Notes: a model not told the origin generated them from the sequence alone. DNA of 64,000 nt from Blasia pusilla (GCA_050084515.1 CM114271.1:31930001-31994000); one strand, 5' to 3'. Shown: positions 24,269 through 38,590, counted from the stretch's first letter. Numbers and translations are program-made.

Positions 24269-26149
24269 ATGGTGTGCGACAAGTGTAAAGTTCCCAGCTC
24301 TTGTGGGCTTCGTGTATCTGCTCTGAAGTGGGGATCTGTGAGATGTCCTTAATATTTTCCTGCTGAAATTCATTGATCCACTCTACTTTGAGGAATCTAT
24401 TAAACAAGCAAGCACGGTCGTCGTGCTTGCTTGTTTAATAGTGGTTAGAAAGTGCATTCGTCTTTTAATGATCTATTATCAAGGAGATCGTGCTTTTGAA
24501 TTATATTTGTGTCTCTGCTGTGCAATCGATATCTCTAGAATGTATTTGATATGTCTCTGCGGCAATGGATTGGTCCGCTCTCTTTTCGAGGCTTTCCAGT
24601 TCCAGTTTCGTTTCTGTTCACTCGTGTTTCACAAGTCCATTAGTATGCCAAGTGATGGACGCTGGCCAAGACTATCGCACGTTTGTAGTGCACTCCTCTT
24701 CTTTCTTCTCATGTCTGGGCTGGTCGCCTCTGTGACGTTGAAGTAAACGTTTGTGTTTCTTTGTGGCTTTGGAATTCTTGAACGAGCTCAATTGTATGTG
24801 CCTATTGATAACTTGCATACGTCGTGTCTGAATCCTTCGCTGGTGATAAGGGCCCATGTAGGGAGTGATCAAGTTGAGAATGCTCTCTCTCTGGTAGAAT
24901 TGCGCTGTTCTGACTGGAGCTTTGTAATGCTGCAATTTGTTTCAGAGCTTCGGGAGGAGTTGTTTCGTTTGACCTGTAACGTCTCTACACTCTTCTCTAC
25001 ACTCTGGATCGAATCAGGGTGCGAGGTTGTTGGAAAGACGATGGATTAGGGTTTTTACGTGAACCATCTGAACCCAAGAAATTTCCCGTCGGGGGTGGAA
25101 TATTGGTTCACTGATAAACCTTAATGCATCGTCTTTCCCACAACCTTCCATAGCCGTGACAGCAATTGCGACTGTAGGGGTTTAGTGTAGCCAAACACTC
25201 TGACGTGTAGATTCAATGCACGTTTTGCAGGCCAGAAAAAGCTCACGAAAGTTATTGTTCCAGATAAATGGAAGGAGGGCGCCAGCAACACAACAGAAGG
25301 TGGTGGTCGGAAAATCAACGAGAACAAGTTACTGAGTAAAAAGAAGAGGTGTGTCCACGTCGGCTTGACTGGTTATCGTCCCGATCCTGTTGATTATGAA
25401 CAGTCTGTTGCTCTGGTAGTGTTATACTGTCGAGTGGACGAAGCAACACTCTATGCTACCTCAGTGGGTTTTCTACTGTCTAAGTCCGAGTGAACTTCAC
25501 GACACTACAGCTGGTTGCCTAAAGACTTTCGCTGTTGAGTGAAATTGCTACTTTTTGAAATAGAAGTTATTAAAAACTTAAAATTTCTTGAGAAAGTTTA
25601 GGAAATCGCTACATACCATCAGCCTTAGAATTAGAGAAGTTGGTGAACGAATGAATGAATGAATCTGACTGACTTCACTTCATTGCTTCAGATGGTCTCC
25701 ATATGGTGTAACCAAATGCATAATTTGTAAACAGCAGCTTCACCAGGATGCAAAATACTGCCAGTCATGTGCATACAAGAAAGGTATAAGTTGTGGCCTC
25801 CTCTTTACTTCTACAAATTTGTCCCATGACAGGGTAACATGACATTGTGTGGTAGTCTGTAATCAGTCGAGTAATTAAACATTTAACATGGTCAAATTGC
25901 CTATGATTCTTGAAGATAAGCTCTTGAATTTTCTTCAGCAAATGTGAGACATTCCTTGCAGTGGAGGTGGATAGCCCATAGTAGAATGTACGGTTTCTTG
26001 AGAATGGATAAGTACAGTAGAGCAGGTCGTTTCTAGACATGGCTCAAATATCCACATTGATTCCTAGGAATTGACTCTATGCAGGGGTTTGTGCCATGTG
26101 TGGCAAACAAGTGTTAGACACAACCTCTTACAAGCAGAGCAATGTCTGA
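24269..26149 (+). CDS. CRIPT: Cysteine-rich PDZ-binding protein (CRIPT), 4 exons: 24269-24284, 25231-25348, 25692-25783, 26085-26149; 96 aa
   Basis: Manual splicing at GT-AG sites gives an intact 291-nt CDS: MVCDKCQKKLTKVIVPDKWKEGASNTTEGGGRKINENKLLSKKKRWSPYGVTKCIICKQQLHQDAKYCQSCAYKKGVCAMCGKQVLDTTSYKQSNV. It is not in the ORF track because the exons are short. Confidence 0.95.
24984..25190 (+). ncRNA. Candidate intronic pre-miRNA-like hairpin in CRIPT intron 1
   Basis: GAGGTTGTTGGAAAGACGATGGATTAGGGTTT pairs imperfectly with AAACCTTAATGCATCGTCTTTCCCACAACCTT. There is an inner stem GTGAACCA/TGGTTCAC and an outer stem CTACACT..CTCTACA/TGTAGGG..AGTGTAG. Confidence 0.45.
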
Positions 26150-27667
26150 TCCGAGAATTCTGCTTGGCAATGTAGATATTAACATTAGTGCAAATCGTAA
26201 CCCATACCAAGGTTCAAATGTGGGTCCTACAGCAAAATGAAGCATGCCACACTGCAGGTAGGACATCTATGTCGAAACCATTCTGTGGGAGCCTGACGTC
26301 CAGCCCAGGCAACCATCGTGGTCCGCTCAGACCTGCATTACTTGCTTAGATGGGTTTTCTCCTCTAAATGCAAAAAAAAATAATGCTCCATGTAGCCACT
26401 TTGCGTTGAGGAGCAAGCTCACATTTCTTCCTGGTTGGGGAAGAAATGGTGTTCAATCTCTGAATTTGAAAAAGTTTCAGTATGATCCCTGTCATTGAAA
26501 TGTTAATGTCCACCATAGGCCCTTTTCTGAGTCATCAGATTAGTGCCAACTGGAATGAGTAGCTGATTAGCAGCTGGTAGTTCATGTGATTGTTCCTAAC
26601 TCCCACTCAATGACTTGTCTCTCGAATCAGCACCTCTACGTTGGGAATGGTCATCTTTACTCTATCCTTTCTCGAAGACATTGTTTGGATTGTTCATCTC
26701 TAGTCTGTCCATTCTTGAAGACATTTGCCACTAGAGAATTTGTGAGTGTACTATATTTATCCGTATCCCCTGTGCCAAATTCTTGATGAATCTGTAATGC
26801 ATGTCCGTATGATTTGTCTTGTTATTAGGTCAAGGTCAATAAGTTCACTCTGGTTATCATAATACACAACAGGCTTACCTTTTGGATATCTGATCTCTCC
26901 CAAGAAAGTAACAGGTTGCTTCTATGAAGGCTTGCACGAAAGTCTTCTACTTGACGGAAGGGTAGACCTTGCAACATATTTTTGTTTCTTCCCCAATAGA
27001 CTCACACTAGAAAAAAAGAAAGAACATTTATTAGTGGTTCAATTCTAAATCTGGTGCATCCCCTAGGACGTCTTGGTATTAGTAAGACTAGTAAGAATGC
27101 CTATGCTACGCACTGGCGCCAATTTTTATCACATAAAACTTCCTCGATGTAGTCCATATTATCATTACTGAGTTTGCTACTATGGGGCTTTTCTCATTTC
27201 ATCCCCTCTAGCCGGTTTTGGCCTTTCTCAGGTAAGGTAGTGCGCGGAGCTTATGCCCATCGTGCAGATTTTGTTCATTCAGGAATTTTAAATTAGAGCT
27301 CAAGAGGCTTCTGTAAATGCTGCAAGTCATCTCCAAAACAGAAGTTCTTATCCATTTCTGCCATGCAAATGTGTGGCTGGAAATATCTGTGTCAAAGTTA
27401 GACAATAAAATAATAATCTGAATCCTTCAGGAGCTCGAACCAAAATTTCGTCGAAGTATTTAGTTTCAAATCGGAATGAATCGAAATGAAGGCATAAGTC
27501 GAAGGAGCTACAGTAGTGAAGAAAGTGTCGACCGCCAAGTGCGAGGAATGTGGTGGGCTTCTTGGTATTTGTAGACCATGCGACTGCAACATATCATCCA
27601 TTCGACTGAACTTGATGGGTGTGTCGATATCCGCCACTAGAGGTGTATAGATTCTCGATCACATGAA

Positions 27668-27711
<44 letters not shown>

Positions 27712-27715
27712 ATCT
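27668..27715. repeat. (TC)n microsatellite, target of LINE B
   Basis: Direct reading. Confidence 0.9.
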
Positions 27716-30700
27716 ACATCCTTGGACGACCCTGTTTGCCACAAGAAAGAAGAGACTGACTCAGATTTCAAATCGATTTCCATGCTCGACTTGTCTCCTC
27801 CATAACTTCGAGTTCTCTTAGAGATGGTCCAACTATTCTGTCAAATTCCAACCCTGTTTTCACAGTCTCCCTAGTTCATACCCTTCTCTCTACTCAGGGA
27901 CCAGGAACTCCCAGCAAAATCGGGCTGCACCTCCTTGGACAGTCCTGCCTAACCATGGAACGGGCAAAAGCCAGGGACGTTGAGACGATTCTCAAGCTCT
28001 GACCTCCCTCTGACTCCACAGACGGGACTATGGTTTCTCTGGAGTAAAGCATACCCTATCTAATTGTTTTCCCCATTCCCACTACCTGAGCACATAGACC
28101 AGTATATCGAGTGAACACTGCACCCATGACTACCACAGAACAACCAGCGCTAGAAACCTCATCGGAGGAGGTCCAAGACACGACCAGTGTCAAGGATCTT
28201 TCCCACAAGCAAACGAAGAGCAGGGACAGTGGACGATCCGTGAGATCAAATGGCTCACGGAGATTGATCGCACCAAACTCATGCCACTATGTCAGAAAAA
28301 AAATGAGGCAGTGTGACAAGGAACGACTCCATGCAGTTGTCACACATTCAACAGAGGTTATACCATATCTGGAAGTGGCATCCATCACCATACGGTTCTC
28401 TGAACTAGAAGGAAAATGGGAAAGCTTTCAGGCCAACCAGATGTTGGCATGGAATACAATGATGCAGGCAGCAAAAGAAGAGCAGGGCAGATGGATGTCC
28501 AGCAAGGAATCGAACCTCCTCGAATGGACGGCTCAGAAGACAACTCTGGAATAAGAGCTGGTCGCTTTGAGGGCTGAAAACATGCAATTGAAGAAGGACT
28601 TAGCTGCTTGCTTCAAAGAGGATAACACTCAGCTTGGGAAAGCAATGCAAGAGTACCGTGTAATGGGAACAACGACCTGCAAATCCTGTTAGAACCTGGA
28701 CTGAAGTAGTGGGCAAGCACAAAACCACAACACAAATCACGGAGGTTGCAACACAGGTAGCCAAAGAGGTAGCAGATAGGGTCCTAGAAATCCAGGATAG
28801 GAAAACCAGAGAACTCAATTTAGTTATCATGGGACTGCACTTTTCCAAGGAAGAAGACTGTAATTCAGTTTTGCAAGAGAAGGTCTTCACAACTCGGGGG
28901 TCACACCAACAGTCACCTTCACAGGGATCAAACTTGGGAAAGGAACACGGGACCGACCAGCACCAATGTTGGTACAATTTGATCCCTCACAACGGGGACC
29001 AGCGATGGAAACGAGGTTGGCCATCCTCCGCAGTAAAGCAGTCCTCAAAGGATCTGCTATCCGTATCTTCCCAGATCTGACCACCAAGCAAAGAGCATCA
29101 CTCCCTATTGAAAGGGAGAAGGTTCTGGCTGCCCGCAACAACGGTCTTTGGAGTGAACTCAGGGAAGGAAAGGCCACGACACCAGTACCTAGGAGAAACA
29201 AAAATGCCGCACCAACACGACAAACAGGAGGGGCAATGAGCGAAAACTCGGATTCCAACCAGGGAATTAGCAATTTTACAACTCGGAACCAGGACTTGGA
29301 GGTGACAAACCTACATGACAAGACCTGCCTATAGGGAATGGAGGATGGGAAGGATATTACCAACCCATCCATTCAGGCAATTTTTCACAATTGTGGAGGA
29401 CCATTCTGGTCCAGAGGCAATGGCATTACATATCTGGGCACAAAACTGGACCTTATCTTTTTTGCTGAAACACATGAACATGATTCCAACCGCATTCCCA
29501 ACACACAGGACTTCCAGGTTTTTGCTACCCACAACCCACTCACCAACAGCAAAAGCAAAGGACACGGTGGCCTGGCATGCTTGGTAGCACCATGGTTACA
29601 ACCTTTTGTCTCCATAGCCAACATTGATGAGGAGAAACACTTCCTCTGGATTAAGGTCAACAAAGAAGTCTCGTTACCGAAAGATCTCCTCATTGCTGTT
29701 TGCTACTTCAGTCCCACTGTGCTCAAAAGAGAATTCCCGTATGAGGCTCTCTCTACATCTATTGAGCACCAAATGCACAGGAGAAATATCCTCCTAGTAG
29801 GAGATTTCAACCGGAGAACGGCCAACACTCAAGCTCCAATCTACATGGCAAACAACACCAACGTGGAAGGGATTGATACTCAGTCGGCTGATGGGTCTCT
29901 CAGAGAAGTATTCTTCCCACACATGCAGCGCAACTCAGTGGACAAGGAAAAAACAGCCAATGGAGAGAAACTTCTCCAACTTTGCTCAACACATTGTTTA
30001 GTACTCGCCAATGGCATGGCTATGTGGCCACAGTCAGGAGGTCGCACTTCCATTGGACACTTTGACTCCAACAGAGAAACCTCGACATCAGTGGTTGACT
30101 ACCTGATTGGGGAAGTACATCAACTACCACATCTGGTTGCCAATGTGCAGGTCACACCCGTTCTAGAATCTGATCATGAACCACTCTACTTTGACATCAT
30201 GGTCTCCAAAACCATCCCAGAGGCTGCAGAAAAATTAACCGTGCCGACCAAATGTCGATACACTTTCCTTCAGGAAAAGAAAGATGAACTCATCACACTC
30301 GTCAACAAGGCTCTTACAGAGTGCTCACCCACAGTGAACACGACTGAGTTCAGCGACATCCTACATCAATGTTGCAGAAAAGTCCTACCTTTCCAACTGT
30401 CTGGAGGCAAACATATTAGATCCACTTCTACGTTCTTCTCCCAACCCTGGTTTGAAAAGGACTGCAAAGAGGCCCGCAGGGAGCTGAATCACTGGCTGAG
30501 GGAGGATCCACACTCTCCACACACTTGATTATTGCAGAAAACTTACAAACGATTGGTATGTAGGAAGAAACACAAATACATTGCCATCAAGGTCACAGAG
30601 TTCACAGAACAGATGAAATACCAATCGGCCAAATTTTGGAGAATACTCAGGAATAGACCGAACATCATTCCACTCCAGGATCTACAGATCTGGACCACAT

Positions 30701-32867
30701 ATGGTACCCAACTTTACCACTCCAACACTGCCGCTCCCACCGACCCCTGGCCGAATGGGCTTCAAGATCTACCGGACCTCTTCACCATTGACGATGTCAC
30801 ATCAGGAATCAAAAGGCTACATAACAAACCAGAGGATGGCCTGGGGTGCCAGGCTCAAATGTTCAAATTCGCAAGTGAGGCAATTGGCCCAACCCTCACC
30901 AGAATGTTCAGTACTGCAGTTCAACAGGGCTTCCCACCAGAATGGCAAACGAATACGATCTACCCACTCTTCAAGGCTGGAGACCCAATGATACCATCCA
31001 ACTACAGAACGATCATGGTGAGCTCCCTCATGGCCAAGTTGTATGGGCTACTGCTGGAAAGGAAAGTCAGCGACTGGGCTGAAGAAAAGAAGGTGCGAGC
31101 CAGAGGACAAGCAGGTTTCCGACACTCACATAGCACCCTGGATCACCTTCTCACACTCCGGGTACTGATTGAAGAAACTTCCAAGTCGAGAATTGGTCAC
31201 AAGCCCGATAAATTGTTCTGCTGTTTTGTAGACTTCAAGAAGGCCTTTGACACAGTCCCAAGGGCGCTCCTTTGGAAACGACTTGAAGAGTTGGGTGTCC
31301 CACCACAACAACTTACAGCAATCAAGGTCTTATATGCTCAGGTGTTTGCACAGATTGCCACTAATAGGGGCAGATCTGCAACTTTATCTTCCAACACCGG
31401 AGTCAAACAAGGATGCCCCCTCTCACCTACATTGTTTTGGCTCTACATTGACAAACTTGAAGAGGTGCTTTCTAGAATGAATGGAGATCCACCAGAGCTA
31501 GCACACTGCCTCATCCCCCTGCTCCTGTATGCAGATGATATAGTTCTGATGTCTAGAACAGCACTTTACCTGAATGCACTTTCAAGCTTCTGCAACAAAT
31601 CGGGCATGGAAGTCAACTTGCTGAAAACGAAGATAATCATCTTTGGATCACAGCTCCCTACGGCGCAGCGGTCACACACTTTCACCTTCAGCCAGGGAAT
31701 GAGAAGGGAGATCATTGAGATTGTGGGTGAGTACATATACCTGGGGGTGCAACTCAAACCCAACAACCAATGGAGAGCCAATGGGAGTCGTAACAAGATC
31801 AATGCAGGCTTGAGGGGTCTACACCTGCTACAATCCAATTGCAGAAGAATGGAAATGTGGCATATTCCACAGAAACTCCATCTCTTCAAAGCTCTGGTGA
31901 TCCCAGCCACACTCTATGCATCTGAAGTGTGGGGCCCCAGCTCCAAGGCTTGGCCCCAGGGCCTTGAGGCCCCCCAGAAACTCTTCATGCGTCAGAGTCT
32001 GGGCATTAGGAAAACCACTCCCCACGACATTCTATTGGCTGAGTTTGGGGAGGTACCAATGGAGATCCATGCTGTTAAGAATCTGATCACATTTCTCCAA
32101 CACCTTGAGGATATCTACGAGGACGATCCCAATCGTCTATCCGCCAGGGCCTACGTGGTTTCGAAAAGTAGTGCCACCCTTGGGGCTAAAAATTGGTACT
32201 ATGACTGCACGGAGTGGCTCATGAAATGGGGAATATCCATCGGCTATGGCTATGGCCACCCACCAGGACCTTGCTGAAAAATTACACAACAATTACATTG
32301 CCATCAACTGGGGCCGACACCAGCGCCTATGGGAAAGCAGGGGGAATTTCTCTCACAAAAATGATGAAAGAATGAGGCGCTACCACACCCTCATGAACAA
32401 CTGCAGATCCATGCAACAAGCCTCCTACATCTCTACCCCCATTCCCACTAAGTTACGTCATACATTAGCGAGATTCAAATGTGGCTCTACTGACCTGGAG
32501 ATTGAGAAAGGAAAATTCTCACAGAAGAAAAGAGAGGACAGATTATGTAGATTTTGCAACTCGGGGCTTGTTGATGATGAACATCACTACCTCTTCGACT
32601 GCACCTTTCACGATCACATTAGGCTTGACTTCCCAGATCTCTTTGTTCACCGAGCTCCCAGGGTCCTCCCGTTCATGACTAGGCAGAATCAGACTCTGAT
32701 TGCTAAATTCTTGCATAGTTGTGTGAAGACCAGGGACACTCACCTGGCTCTGAGGACCCCTTAGGCCCTCGTTGGTGCTTGCTCTCTCTCCAAATTTGTT
32801 GTTAAGTGTCAAAACTAAGTCTCATGGCCCTGTGGGGTCCCCGTGGACAATAAATCTATTCATTCAT
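27716..32867 (+). mobile_element. LINE family B (APE-RT, RTE-X-like), near full length, (ATTC)n tail
   Basis: ORF1 28111-29334 (frameshifted; RELNLVIMGL, IFPDLT). ORF2 29338-32764 (APE VGDFN/SDH; RT QGCPLSP, YADD; C-terminal CRFC..H..C) with one stop at 30526 and a frameshift near 32270. AATAAA at 32849. TSD TCTCTCTCTATCT at 27703-27715 and 32868-32880. Confidence 0.93.
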
Positions 32868-33363
32868 TCTCTCTCTATCTGACATACTCTCTCTACACCC
32901 ATCCCAATCTCAAGCACCGTCCAACCAGGGCGCGGGGTCTATGGTCGCAAGGCTACGACAGGCACTACTTAATGAGTACAGTCTCTATCTGACCTATAAT
33001 CAATACAGGCTTTGCTCTGGCGATCGCAAGAGTAGTAATGAGAACTCGTGATTTCTTTTCGTTTGAGTTTTACTCATGATTCTATGAATGCAATTCGCGG
33101 TGGAGGGTGGGTTTGCTGGATGTGCTACGACTATCATGCTGAGATCGAGGCCAACGAAGGTTGAGCGGGCCTTATGGATTTGAGCTCTAGAGCTTTGATC
33201 CCATAATGAGGGAATGATAGTTGGTTCTTGCACTGAATTTGAGAGGCGAACTTGTTTTGAAGTGTAGATGCATTTCGTTGCCTCCTAGTTTGAAAACTTA
33301 TAATGCGCAATCCCACAATCAAGCCGCCCTCAATTCTGTATCATCCAACTATGGAATCATCCC

Positions 33364-33366
<3 letters not shown>

Positions 33367-33442
<76 letters not shown>
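33367..33442. repeat. (CT)n microsatellite
   Basis: Direct reading. Confidence 0.95.
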
Positions 33443-33446
<4 letters not shown>

Positions 33447-34027
33447 CTCCAAATCTTAGGGGGGACGAGGTCCCGCGAGGAGGGGGTGCCATGATGGCGC
33501 CGCCGTCGCCGAGACGAGAGGATAGCATAGCCTGGTTGGGTTTAAACCCCAAAACTACAAGTCCCGACAAGCTTGGTATGTTGGGACGACATGTTCTAAA
33601 GCACTACTTATAATGAGTGAACCGCGTGCAAGCAATATAGCAATACTCTCTATCGAGTTGCCCATTGATGTAGTTGGAACCTGTAGTGAGCTTGCGATTT
33701 CGTTCCCCTGGTTGATAGGTGTGGATTAGTGTGTCCTGTAATCCATGTGACTTGTGGCAGTTGTGCCACAAGTAAGGTGTCCAATGGACTTAGTTGGAGA
33801 AATGGAGACCTCTCCTTCTTTTGAAGCTGGATTCACAAGCCCTCCTCTGCAGCTTAATGCCAGGACTCTTCACCTTGGTAGTTAGTGATGATCTCTGGGG
33901 GTAACAAGCGGGCTCTCTTTGGGCACCCTACCGCTTGGAGGCAGCCCCTCCGCACAAATAGGACAGCGAGTCCCTGTTTGGACTCTCGGGCTGGGAGCTT
34001 AAACATTCTCCCCAGATCCTAAATCAG

Positions 34028-37000
34028 TTGTTTGCCAAACCTCTACATATAATCAGCGGCCTTGAGCCCAATATATCTCCGTCCTCCCAAGCTTGTGAGG
34101 AGTATCAGTTCACCTATCAAAGGCGCATACCAAAGCTCAGCATCCTCAAGCTGGGCGGGGAATACCGGCATGTTTATGTGAGACGATCAAAGGCCCCCTG
34201 CAGTTCGGATGTGGGCAGAGAGTTCAATCTGGTCTATAGGAGGAGACAACGGTTCCACATGATCGTTTTTGGTGTATGTCCCACAATAGACTTCGTCTCA
34301 TTTAAGATCATGTGCGCAACTTTGAACTTTGAATTCCTGGCTATTGCTGGAGTTACTCGGATGATGAATGGCCGTCAATGTATCTTCGAGGCGTCCATCA
34401 AGGGCAGAGGAGGCCAATACTTGGCTTGCCATAAAAACCAGGTGTCTCAAGAATTGAAATGTGCCTACAACTGGAGGGCTATGGTAGTCGAGGATGGTTC
34501 CAGCTTGAAGGAAAGGCCCATCTCCACAAAACCGTTGGTGATCTACACACCTAATGTCTTTAGTGCTCTCCAAGGAACCAGCGATGAAGAGCCTGCACAT
34601 GAAGAGGTTCCATGTTGTAAGCAACCACACCTACGCCAAAAGCGTGCCCGCCGACCCCCAACCCACTTAGCGACAAGTCTCCGTTTGGGTACCTGGAACT
34701 TCTGTGGACTCACCCATGCAATGAAGCAGCTGGAGGTTGCTGAAGTTTTGCTGAACAATCAAATACATATATGCGGTGGTAAGGAAACTTGGGAAACCAA
34801 GTTAATGGAGATACCCCATGTACCGCACTATGCATGGTTTGGAAAGATGTGCAGCATCCATGAGGACAACAACAGAGGTATGAAGGGTGTCACGTTCTTC
34901 ATCAGAGACTTCATGGTGGACAGGTGTGAGATCATCAGCACATGGCTCGAGTATAAAAACAACATATGGGTCAAAGTCCAAGCAGAGTGCAACTTGCAGG
35001 ATATGTATATTGGGTGTATTTACATGCCTACAAATAGTGAATCTGTTGCTGTAACAGAGGCAATTTTTGATAGTGTGAAAACTGATTACCTTGGGTTCCA
35101 AACAAAGGGGAACATAGTCTTGCTGGGAGACTTCAATAGTTGGGTGGGGCAAGGCACTAATTCCCAAGCGGAGATCGGGATGTTTGGAGATGTGAAAGTG
35201 AATGGCAATTGTGATACCCACAATTTTGTACTCTTGAAGAATATATCTTTTTTATTCAACGAAGACTCTTGTATATTATGATTGTTTATTATTATGAAGA
35301 AGAATGAGTGAATCACGAAGCTCCTGGGACAAGGCAGAGAGATGGAAGATCAAGGATTTGCCTTAGAAGAGAGGAAAACACAATAACAAAGCTCAACGAA
35401 GATGTACGAAGCTCTGTCTTTGAAGTGCTTCGCTACATAACGAAGCACAAAGCACGAGAAATCAGAACGAAGCATGAAGTACTTCGTCCTCAAACTAAGA
35501 GGAAGAGCTTCGTCCTCAAGGGAAGAAGAAGAATTCCAAACTTCGCAGTGAAGCGAAGCTAAGAAGGATTGTGATTTCAAGCGACACATAGTTAGAACAG
35601 TTAGACTAGGAAAGGGTGCGACCCTTTGTATCAAATTGGTAGTTAGGACAGTTTTGTACTGCGGATTCACAGGGATCGTAGGAAAAAGCTAAGAGAACCA
35701 TAGATCTAGGTAGTTAGAAATAGTGAAGAGACACTAGCTTCATCAAGAACGTTTCGAATCTTAGGATCACTTCCATTCCGGCGAATATTTAAGAAGCAAG
35801 GCAGAAGCCATAATCATCATTCTCTTACGAAGTCCTTATGTTGTAGGAATGGTCCGAGCAAGAGAGAAGTACCCTCTCGAGCTTGTATACACTTTGAAGC
35901 TTTCTCGTTCTTGATGTAGTAATAAAGCAACCATTCATTCATTCTGATGTGCGATGCTTATGTCTGAGTATTCTTTTTGGGTATGCAGAATGAAGAGTGA
36001 ATCAGGCGAACCTTTCTCATCAGTGAAATAATCAACATGAGTTGTAGGAAATCTGTTTGACAGAGAGTAACCTGCCGAGACGGATTGAGTTCCGAAAGTA
36101 GGAAAAGCCAGCTTTTGTGTTGAGATCTCTGTGAGGTTTCTTGATGTCGAGAGGAAAATCTACCTGAACATGCTGTCAATTCCACTAGAGAGAATTGAGA
36201 AAAGATCCTTTGGTACTAAGAAAGATCAAAAGATATTGATAAGACATTGAATATAACTCACACACCTTTAAATACAACTATTACAGCAGAATTGTAATTC
36301 CGAACTCTCTTTTCATCAAACAATGATCCTCTTGGGGATCGAACTTATTAAAACAATTGTAAAATAGAAACAGTTGTACATTACAGCAATGGCACACGGC
36401 TGATCACAATGTTGAGGGAACTTCAACTGATGGCACTGAATGATAGGCATAAGGTGGGTTCCCCTGCTTGGACTAGGGTCAACTTCAAGGAGAATGAAAG
36501 CTACATAGCTGTGGATGAGGAACTCTATGCATGCAGTGGGAAGATCACAGTGGATGCGTCAGACATTGGAAGATCAGATCATTCATTGGTTTGGACAGAG
36601 TTGCAGCAAAGGCTAAAATGCTCGACCAAACCAGTGAAGAGAGTGATTAAGAAATGGAGGATAGAGGACTTCCAAGATGAGGGCAACAAGAAGGTGTACA
36701 TTGGCAAGCTGGAAGAAAATCTCTTGGCATTTGACACTTTCATTGCATCTACCGTCAAGACCTTTGGGTTCACAAGAACAACTGTGGACATGGTGCTGGC
36801 ATGGTGGGAGCATGGAGTGACAGATGCCGCCGAGATTGCTGTCGGCAGGAAATTGATAATATGCGGCAGAACCGTCAGATGGTGATCCTTGGAACTCAAG
36901 GCAGCCATTGCCAAATGAAGGGAAGCGTACGTAACAAGTGCCAAAGCCAGGGACGATGCATCCTTGTGGGAAGAGTATGGGGCCGTACGCAAGGAAACCC

Positions 37001-38590
37001 GTCTTCTCGTGCACATGCACAAGAAGAAATTGAACCAAGTGACATACTTATCCATCAATGAGAATTTCACTGAGAATCAGAAAAAGTTATGGATGGAAGT
37101 GCAGAAATTGAGCAAGGCCAGGGACAAAAATGACGGAAAGGCCTTGAAGAGAAAAGACGGTGGAATGGTGACCACAGATCCAAAATGTGTTGGAAGACCA
37201 TTACAAGGAGTTAGGCAGGAAGCCCGCTCGGACATCCCTTGAAGAGCAGAACTTCAAGAGGGTGGTGGAGGATTTTGTTAAGATACAACGGGAGAAGGTA
37301 GATAATGAGGTTGAGCTGGGCAACCCATGTAAGGATTGGTTCTCCGTGGCTGAGGTGGGAGCAGCGATCAAAGAACTTGTTAACCACAAAGCAGGCGGTG
37401 GTGATGAGCTTATGAATGAGTTGTTGAAGTATGGCGATGCTGCTATGGCTCGTTCTCTAGTGAGTCCCTTCAACCTTGTCTGGCGGGCAGAAGTCATCCC
37501 ACAAAGATGGCGGGTGGAAGTCATCATGAACCTCTTCAAGAAGGGTGAGCAAGAAGACCCTGGAAACTACAGAGGTATTACATTGCTGAGTGTAGTCGGG
37601 AAGCTCCTTTGCCGTATACTCAACAATAGGATCTCTGTGTACCTGGAGGAGAATTCTGTCATCAAGGAAGGCCATGCTGGCTTCCGGCAAGCCCGAGGAT
37701 GCGTGGATCACATCTTCACCTTCGGTCAGATTATTGAGGGTAGGAAAAAAGAGGGGAAACCTACCTATTGCTTCTTCTTGGACCTCAAGAAGGCATATGA
37801 TATTGTATGGCGTGACGGGCCATCTTATAGCTTGTGGAAGGCGGGGCTGAGAGGGAAAATGTGGAGGGTGGTGGAGAAGATGTACCAGAACACAAGGAGT
37901 AGAGTTATGGTGAATGGCCAAAAGAGTGGGACATTCGACATCAAGCAAGGAGTGGCTCAAGGATGCCCGCTCTCCCCCACTCTCTTCAAAATTTTTGTGA
38001 ATTCCCTATTGGAAGAAATGGAGGATAGTGGACTAGGCATACGGGTGGGCAACAACTTTTTTTTTGCCCTAATGTTTGCTGATGACTTTGGTGGCCTCGA
38101 GGAAACAAGAGAGAAACTCCAAGAGATGATCTCCCTAAACAAAATATGGTATGACATGTGGGCATGGAGGCAAATGTACTGAAGTGCGGTGTGATGATTT
38201 TCAATGGCAAGGAGGAGGACCAAGACCAAGAGTGGTACTGAGGCGAAAAAGAGATCCTCCGTATGGCCGCTCACAACTATGTGGGCATAGAATTCTTGGA
38301 AGATTGCATGTGGAATGTACACATTAAGAAGACTACGTATACTGAGAAAGGCCACAAGAAGGTGAAGGGTCTGTCAAGATTTCCTATACCGTTGGGACAT
38401 CACATCAGAAGTAAAGTGCTTTGTCATTTTGCATACCATTCGTCCCTTGCTGGAATATGGGGCAGTAGTGTGGGATGCCAACACCAAACAAAGACATAGG
38501 CTTGAAGCTCTGCTATTGAAGGCGTTTCGGGATATGATCTCAACTTCCTCACAAACAGCTCCAGTTGGTGGAGGTGCGGTAAGAGGAGAG
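34028..38590 (+). mobile_element. LINE family C (APE-RT), degenerate, split by a solo LTR and cut at its 3' side
   Basis: APE (LGTWN, LLGDFN, SDH) at 34680-35209 and 36386-36600. RT (NYRGITLL, QGCPLSP, FADD) at 37187-38182. Coding similarity ends near AVRGE (~38590). The 5' end is not defined. Confidence 0.85.
35210..36385. mobile_element. Solo LTR (~1.18 kb)
   Basis: TGTGAT..ATTACA termini. 5-bp TSD GCAAT at 35205-35209 and 36386-36390. Removal restores the LINE C reading frame (NGNGTRL). Confidence 0.9.

Noticed and set aside
24644-24746. Signal-peptide-like short ORF MPSDGRWP..
   Set aside because: It lies within CRIPT intron 1 and has no supported downstream exons.
26380-27640. Coding-like minus-strand fragments (ORFs 27208-27405, 27398-27637)
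   Set aside because: No recognisable domain or consistent exon structure. It could be a pseudogene, but this is unsupported.
33221-33613. ORFs with SL/RE dipeptide runs
   Set aside because: They are translations of the (CT)n microsatellite.
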